A stretch of 64,000 nucleotides of DNA from NCBI GenBank assembly GCA_964016885.1, contig OZ024744.1, positions 8,804,001-8,868,000 on the forward strand, in the 5' to 3' direction. The translations under genes and the position numbers were made by a program. Below, one piece after another: positions 1 through 8,104 of this stretch (its first letter is position 1; every line of letters starts with the position of its first letter). The notes under the pieces are model-generated. The model had not been told where the DNA came from. It searched no databases and was given only the letters and a program-made list of their open reading frames with translations. This DNA is from Eledone cirrhosa. Lineage: Eukaryota.

Positions 1-541
1 GCTTCTGTCATCTTACCATCCCACTCCTACCGACTAGCCTCAGTGTCACGTGATTGATTCTTTAGAATCTACCATTTGACCAGTGACAGCGAGATGTTCA
101 GTGCATGGAATCCAGTCCCCGCTAGCTGTTCCATTTACCGAATTATTATTATTTTTATATGAGTCCCCAGTGTCCGCGCATTGCCTGGAGACTTAGCTGA
201 GAATAGACCTCCCTGATGACGCAATGAATTCTCAACAGTTTATTACGTAACTGTCTTTATCCCATTGCAGAAACTAATTAGTTGGAGTGAAAATTTTAGT
301 AAGTAAGTTAATTTTTAAAAAGTTTTTTTAATTTTCTTATTTTACGTCTTTTATATTATTGTTCTGCATCCTCCTGCATTGAACCACCTAGGTACTATGA
401 CATATCCTGTGTATTTGCTGACATTAGCGTACATCTGTGCGCATATGTTAGTAGATATACTATATTCTCTATATTTATCTCCAAATCACTTTGTCTAGCA
501 AACCTGCCAAAACCACTACTAAATTTTTGGTGTGTTAGTAG
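1..541 (+). repeat. Reference monomer (541 bp, arbitrary phase)
   Basis: First full period; the next copy starts at 542. About 202 of 541 bases are G+C by hand count. It contains AT-rich blocks at 141-160 and 290-360. Confidence 0.98.
209..287 (+). ncRNA. Type I hammerhead ribozyme-like motif (monomer 1 copy), predicted cleavage after U283
   Basis: CTCC (209-212) pairs with GGAG (284-287) as stem I. CTGATGA is at 213-219. GCAATG (221-226) pairs with CATTGC (263-268) as stem II, enclosing ACAGTT (235-240)/AACTGT (249-254). GAAA is at 270-273. A273-C274-T275 pair with A280-G281-T282 as stem III with loop AATT. The NUH triplet is GTT at 281-283. Deviations are the C220/A269 mismatch at positions 10.1/11.1 and GUU rather than GUC/GUA. 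Confidence 0.75.
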
Positions 542-3500
542 GCTTCTGTCATCTTACCATCCCACTCCTACCGACTAGCCTCATTGTCACGTGATTGATT
601 CTTTAGAATCTACCATTTGACCAGTGACAGCGAGATTTTCAGTGCATGGAATCCAGTCCCCGCTAGCTGTTCCATTTACCGAATTATTATTATTTTTATA
701 TGAGTCCCCAGTGTGCGCGCATTGGCTGGAGACTTAGCTGAGAATAGACCTCCCTGATGACGCAATGAATTCTCAACAGTTTATTACGTAACAGTCTTTA
801 TCCCATTGCAGAAACTAATTAGTTGGAGTGAAAATTTTAGTAAAAAGTTAATTTTAAAAAATTTTTTTTTAAATTTCTTATTTTACGTCTTTTATATTAT
901 TGTTCTGCATCCTCCTGCATTGAACCACCTAGGTACTATGACATAACCTGTGTATTTGCTGACATTAGCGTACATCTGTGCGCATATGTTAGTAGATATA
1001 CTAAATTCTCTATATTTATCTCCAAATCACTTTGTCGAGCAAACCTGCCAAAACCACTACTAAATTTTTGGTGTGTTAGTAGGCTTCTGTCATCTTACCA
1101 TCCCACTCCTACCGACTAGCCTCATTGTCACGTGATTGATTCTTTAGAATCTACCATTTGACCAGTGACAGCGAGATTTTGAGTGCATGGAATCCAGTCC
1201 CCGCTAGCTGTTCCATTTACCGAATTATTATTATTTTTATATGAGTCCCCAGTGTCCGCGCATTGCCTGGAGACTTAGCTGAGAATAGACCTCCCTGATG
1301 ACGCAATGAATTCTCAACAGTTTATTACGTAACTGTCTTTATCCCATTGCAGAAACTAATTAGTTGGAGTGAACATTTTAGTAAGTAAGTTAATTTTTAA
1401 AAAATTTTTTAAATCTTCTTATTTTACGTCTTTTATATTATTGTTCTGCATCCTCCTGCATTGAACCACCTAGGTACTATGACATAACCTGTGTATTTGC
1501 TGACATTAGCGTACATCTGTGCGCATATGTTAGTAGATATACTAAATTCTCTATATTTATCTCCAAATCACTTTGTCGAGTAAACCTGCCAAAACCACTA
1601 CTAAATTTTTGGTGTGTTAGTAGGCTTCTGTCATCTTACCATCCCACTCCTACCGACTAGCCTCAGTGTCACGTGATTGATTTTTTAGAATCTACCATTT
1701 GACCAGTGACAGCGAGATTTTCAGTGCATGGAATCCAGTCCCCGCTAGCTGTTCCATTTACCGAATTATTATTATTTTTATATGAGTCCCCAGTGTCCGC
1801 GCATTGCCTGGAGACTTAGCTGAGAATAGACCTCCCTGATGACGCAATGAATTCTCAACAGTTTATTACGTAACTGTCTTTATCCCATTGCAGAAACTAA
1901 TTAGTTGGAGTGAAAATTTTAGTAAGTAAGTTAATTTTTAAAAAGTTTTTTTAATTTTCTTATTTTACGTCTTTTATATTATTGTTCTGCATCCTCCTGC
2001 ATTGAACCACCAAGGTACTATGACATAACCTGTGTATTTGCTGACATCAGCGTACATCTGTGCGCATATGTTAGTAGATATACGAAATTCTCTATATTTA
2101 TCTCCAAATCACTTTGTCGAGCAAACCTGCCAAAACCAGTACTAAATTTTTGGTGTGTTAGTAGGCTTCTGTCATCTTACCATCCCACTCCTACCGACTA
2201 GCCTCAGTGTCACGTGATTGATTCTTTAGAATCTACCATTTGACCAGTGACAGCGAGATGTTCAGTGCATGGAATCCAGTCCCCGCTAGCTGTTCCATTT
2301 ACCGAATTATTATTATTTTTATATGAGTCCCCAGTGTCCGCGCATTGCCTGGAGACTTAGCTGAGAATAGACCTACTGATGACGCAATGAATTCTCAACA
2401 GTTTATTACGTAACTGTCTTTATCCCATTGCAGAAACTAATTAGTTGCAGTGAAAATTTTAGTAAGTTAATTTTTTAAAAATTTTTTAAAATTTTCTTAT
2501 TTTACGTCTTTTATATTATTGTTCTGCATCCTCCTGCATTGAACCACCTAGGTACTATGACATATCCTGTGTATTTGCTGACATTAGCGTCCATCTGTGC
2601 GCATATGTTAGTAGATATACTAAATTCTCTATATTTATCTCCAAATCACTTTGTCGAGCAAACCTGCCAAAACCACTACTAAATTTTTGGTGTGTTAGTA
2701 GGCTTCTGTCATCTTACCATCCCACTCCTACCGACTAGCCTGAGTGTCACGTGATTGATTCTTTAGAATCTACCATTTGACCAGTGACAGCGAGATTTTC
2801 AGTGCATGGAATCCAGTCCCCGCTAGCTGTTCCATTTACCGAATTATTATTATTTTTATATGAGTCCCCAGTGTCCGCGCATTGCTTGGAGACTTAGCTG
2901 AGAATAGACCTCCCTGATGACGCAATGAATTCTCAACAGTTTATTACGTAACTGTCTTTATCCCATTGCAGAAACTAATTAGTTGGAGTGAACATTTTAG
3001 TAAGTTAATTTTTAAAAAATTTTTTTAAATCTTCTTATTTTACGTCTTTTATATTATTGTTCTGCATCCTCCTGCATTGAACCACCTAGGTACTATGACA
3101 TAACCTGTGTATTTGCTGACATTAGCGTACATCTGTGCGCATATGTTAGTAGATATACTAAATTCTCTATATATATCTCCAAATCACTTTGTCGAGCAAA
3201 CCTGCCAAAACCACTACTAAATTTTTGGTGTGTTAGTAGGCTTCTGTCATCTTACCATCCCACTCCTACCGACTAGCCTCATTGTCACGTGATTGATTCT
3301 TTAGAATCTACCATTTGACCAGTGACAGCGAGATTTTCAGTGCATGGAATCCAGTCCCCGCTAGCTGTTCCATTTACCGAATTATTATTATTTTTATATG
3401 AGTCCCCAGTGTCCGCGCATTGCCTGGAGACTTAGCTGAGAATAGACCTCCCTGATGGCGCAATGAATTCTCAACAGTTTATTAAGTAACTGTCTTTATC

Positions 3501-5403
3501 CCATTGCAGAAACTAATTAGTTGGAGTGAAAATTTTAGTAAGTAAGTTAATTTTTTAAACTTTTTTTAAAATTTTCTTATTTTACGTCTTTTATATTATT
3601 GTTCTGCATCCTCCTGCATTGAACCACCTAGGTACTATGACATAACCTGTGTATTTGCTGACATTAGCGTACATCTGTGCACATATGTTAGTAGATATAC
3701 TAAATTCTCTATATTTATATCCAAATCACTTTGTCTAGCAAACCTTCCAAAACCACTACTAAATTTTTGGTGTGTTAGTAGGCTTCTGTCATCTTACCAT
3801 CCCACTCCTACCGACTAGCCTCAGTGTCACGTGATTGATTCTTTAGAATCTACCATTTGACCAGTGACAGCGAGATTTTCAGTGCATGGAATCCAGTCCC
3901 CGCTAGCTGTTCCATTTACCGAATTATTATTATTTTTATATGAGTCCCCAGTGTCCGCGCATTGCCTGGAGACTTAGCTGAGAATAGACCTCCCTGATGA
4001 CGCAATGAATTCTCAACAGTTTATTACGTAACTGTCTTTATCCCATTGCAGAAACTAATTAGTTGGAGTGAACATTTTAGTAAGTAAGTTCATTTTTAAA
4101 AAGTTTTTTTAATTTTCTTATTTTACGTCTTTTATATTATTGTTCTGCATCCTCCTGCATTGAACCACCTAGGTACTATGACATAACCTGTGTATTTGCT
4201 GACATTAGCGTACATCTGTGCGCATATGTTAGTAGATATACTAAATTCTCTATATTTATCTCCAAATCTCTTTGTCGAGTAAACCTGCCAAAACCACTAC
4301 TAAATTTTTGGTTTGTTAGTAGGCTTCTGTCATCTTACCATCCCACTCCTACCGACTAGCCTCAGTGTCACGTGATTGATTTTTTAGAATCTACCATTTG
4401 ACCAGTGACAGCGAGATTTTCAGTGCATGGAATCCAGTCCCCGCTAGCTGTTCCATTTACCGAATTATTATTATTTTTATATGAGTCCCCAGTGTCCGCG
4501 CATTGCCTGGAGACTTAGCTGAGAATAGACCTCCCTGATGACGCAATGAATGCTCAACAGTTTATTACGTAACTGTCTTTATACCATTGCAGAAACTAAT
4601 TAGTTGGAGTGAAAATTTTAGTAAGTAAGTTAATTTTTAAAAAGTTTTTTTAATTTTCTTATTTTACGTCTTTTATATTATTGTTCTGCATCCTCCTGCA
4701 TTGAACCACCTAGGTACTATGACATAACCTGTGTATTTGCTGACATCAGCGTACATCTGTGCGCATATGTTAGTAGATATACGAAATTCTCTATATTTAT
4801 CTCCAAATCACTTTGTCGAGCAAACCTGCCAAAACCAGTACTAAATTTTTGGTGTGTTAGTAGGCTTCTGTCATCTTACCATCCCACTCCTACCGACTAG
4901 CCTCAGTGTCACGTGATTGATTCTTTAGAATCTACCATTTGACCAGTGACAGCGAGATTTTCAGTGCATGGAATCCAGTCCCCGCTAGCTGTTCCATTTA
5001 CCGAATTATTATTATTTTTATATGAGTCCCCAGTGTCCGCGCATTGCCTAGAGACTTAGCTGAGAATAGACCTCCCTGATGACGCAATGAATTCTCAATA
5101 GTTTATTAAGTAACTCTCTTTATCCCATTGCAGAAACTAATTAGTTGGAGTGAAAATTTTATTAAAAAGTTAATTTTTAAAATTTTTTTAAAATTTTCTT
5201 CTTTTACGTCTTATATATTATTGTTCTGCATCCTCCTGCATTGAACCACCTAGGTACTATGACATAACCTGTGTATTTGCTGACATTAGCGTACATCTGT
5301 GCGCATATGTTAGTAGATATACTAAATTCTCTATATTTATCTCCAAATCACTTTGTCTAGCAAACCTTCCAAAACCACTACTAAATTTTTGGTGTGTTAG
5401 TAG

Positions 5404-8104
5404 GCTTCTGTCATCTTACCATCCCACTCCTGCCGACTAGCCTCATTGTCACGTGATTGATTCTTTAGAATCTACCATTTGACCAGTGACAGCGAGATTT
5501 TCAGTGCATGGAATCCAGTCCCCGCTAGCTGTTCCATTTACCGAATTATTATTATTTTTATATGAGTCCCCAGTGTCCGCGCATTGCCTGGAGACTTAGC
5601 TGAGAATAGACCTCCCTGATGACGCAATGAATGCTCAACAGTTTATTACGTAACTGTCTTTATACCATTGCAGAAACTAATTAGTTGGAGTGAAAATTTT
5701 AGTAAGTAAGTTAATTTTTAAAAATTTTTTTTAATTTTCTTATTTTACGTCTTTTATATTATTGTTCTGCATCCTCCTGCATTGAACCACCTAGGTACTA
5801 TGACATAACCTGTGTATTTGCTGACATCAGCGTACATCTGTGCGCATATGTTAGTAGATATACGAAATTCTCTATATTTATCTCCAAATCACTTTGTCGA
5901 GCAAACCTGCCAAAACCAGTACTAAATTTTTGGTGTGTTAGTAGGCTTCTGTCATCTTACCATCCCACTCCTACCGACTAGCCTCAGTGTCACGTGATTG
6001 ATTCTTTAGAATCTACCATTTGACCAGTGACAGCGAGATTTTCAGTGCATGGAATCCAGTCCCCGCTAGCTGTTCCATTTACCGAATTATTATTATTTTT
6101 ATATGAGTCCCCAGTGTCCGCGCATTGCCTAGAGACTTAGCTGAGAATAGACCTCCCTGATGACGCAATGAATTCTCAATAGTTTATTAAGTAACTGTCT
6201 TTATCCCATTGCAGAAACTAATTAGTTGGAGTGAAAATTTTATTAAAAAGTTAATTTTTAAAATTTTTTTTAAATTTTCTTCTTTTACGTCTTATATATT
6301 ATTGTTCTGCATCCTCCTGCATTGAACCACCTAGGTACTATGACATAACCTGTGTATTTGCTGACATTAGCGTACATCTGTGCGCATATGTTAGTAGATA
6401 TACTAAATTCTCTATATTTATCTCCAAATCACTTTGTCTAGCAAACCTTCCAAAACCACTACTAAATTTTTGGTGTGTTAGTAGGCTTCTGTCATCTTAC
6501 CATCCCACTCCTACCGACTAGCCTCATTGTCACGTGATTGATTCTTTAGAATCTACCATTTGACCAGTGACAGCGAGATTTTCAGTGCATGGAATCCAGT
6601 CCCCGCTAGCTGTTCCATTTACCGAATTATTATTATTTTTATATGAGTCCCCAGTGTCCGCGCATTGCCTGGAGACTTAGCTGAGAATAGACCTCCCTGA
6701 TGACGCAATGAATTCTCAACAGTTTATTAAGTAACTGTCTTTATCCCATTGCAGAAACTAATTAGTTGGAGTGAAAATTTTAGTAAAAAGTTAATTTTTT
6801 TAAATTTTTTTTTAATTTTCTTATTTTACGTCTTTTATATTATTGTTCTGCATCCTCCTGCATTGAACCACCTAGGTACTATGACATAACCTGTGTATTT
6901 GCTGACATTAGCGTACATCTGTGCGCATATGTTAGTAGATATACTAAATTCTCTATATTTATATCCAAATCACTTTGTCGAGCAAACCTGCCAAAACCAC
7001 TACTAAATTTTTGGTGTGTTAGTAGGCTTCTGTCATCTTACCATCCCACTCCTACCGACTAGCCTCAGTGTCACGTGATTGATTCTTTAGAATCTACCAT
7101 TTGACCAGTGACAGCGAGATTTTCAGTGCATGGAATCCAGTCCCCGCTAGCTGTTCCGTTTACCGAATTATTATTATTTTTATATGAGTCCCCAGTGTCC
7201 GCGCATTGCCTGGAGACTTAGCTGAGCATAGACCTCCCTGATGACGCAATGAATTCTCAACAGTTTATTAAGTAACTGTCTTTATCCCATTGCAGAAACT
7301 AATTAGTTGCAGTGAAAATTTTAGTAAGTTAATTTTTTAAAAATCTTTTAAAATTTTCTTATTTTACGTCTTTTATATTATTGTTCTGCATCCTCCTGCA
7401 TTGAACCACCTAGGTACTATGACATATCCTGTGTATTTGCTGACATTAGCGTCCATCTGTGCGCATATGTTAGTAGATATACTAAATTCTCTATATTTAT
7501 CTCCAAATCACTTTGTCGAGCAAACCTGCCAAAACCACTACTAAATTTTTGGTGTGTTAGTAGGCTTCTGTCATCTTACCATCCCACTCCTACCGACTAG
7601 CCTGAGTGTCACGTGATTGATTCTTTAGAATCTACCATTTGACCAGTGACAGCGAGATTTTCAGTGCATGGAATCCAGTCCCCGCTAGCTGTTCCATTTA
7701 CCGAATTATTATTATTTTTATATGAGTCCCCAGTGTCCGCGCATTGCCTGGAGACTTAGCTGAGAATAGACCTCCCTGATGACGCAATGAATTCTCAACA
7801 GTTTATTACGTAACTGTCTTTATCCCATTGCAGAAACTAATTAGTTGGAGTGAACATTTTAGTAAGTAAGTTAATTTTTAAAAAATTTTTTAAATCTTCT
7901 TATTTTACGTCTTTTATATTATTGTTCTGCATCCTCCTGCATTGAACCACCTAGGTACTATGACATAACCTGTGTATTTGCTGACATTAGCGTACATCTG
8001 TGCGCATATGTTAGTAGATATACTAAATTCTCTATATTTATCTTCAAATCACTTTGTCGAGTAAACCTGCCAAAACCACTACTAAATTTTTGGTGTGTTA
8101 GTAG
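5404..8104 (+). repeat. Canonical 5-monomer higher-order repeat unit A-B-C-D-E (2701 bp)
   Basis: A: agtaagtaag, catcagc, acgaaa, ccagtact. B: cctagag, caatag, ttttattaaaaag, cttcttt, tctagcaaaccttcc. C: tagtaaaaag, ttatatcc. D: ttccgttt, gagcat, gttgcag, catatcc, cgtccat, followed by gcctgag. E: gaacattt, aatcttctt, gtcgagt. Lengths are 541+540+541+538+541 = 2701. Confidence 0.8.

Noticed and set aside
45-160. Budding-yeast point centromere (CDEI GTCACGTG)
   Set aside because: It is not followed by an about 80 bp, >90% AT CDEII and a CDEIII, and point centromeres are not tandemly arrayed.
385-541. Spliced-leader or snRNA gene array, suggested by Sm-site-like AATTTTTGG (522-530) and AG/GTA at 390-394
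   Set aside because: I recognise no match to known SL exons or U snRNAs, the donor-to-Sm spacing is long, and no convincing flanking stem-loops were seen. An Rfam scan would settle it.
1-541. 5S rRNA, tRNA or histone tandem gene unit
   Set aside because: No 5S or tRNA conserved sequence, cloverleaf or histone ORF is recognisable on either strand.
1-541. Internal 180-bp or 270-bp sub-repeat, or a minus-strand hammerhead making a viroid-like ambisense unit
   Set aside because: Only short internal duplications were seen (agtcccc x2, ctgcat x2, tgttagtag x2), and there is no TCNTCAG on the + strand that would give a minus-strand core.
448-541. Small hairpins (ttagta-gata-tactaa in most copies; ccaaaa/ttttgg; ctactaa/ttagtag) as terminators or structured RNA
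   Set aside because: They are short and AT-rich, partly mutually exclusive, and broken by common variants (acgaaa, atagtaa), so they are expected by chance.
4520-7260. Apparent compensatory pair gagCat / atGctc in the proposed pseudoknot
   Set aside because: The two changes occur in different monomers (atgctc near 4552 and 5633; gagcat near 7227 and later) and were never seen together, so this is not covariation.
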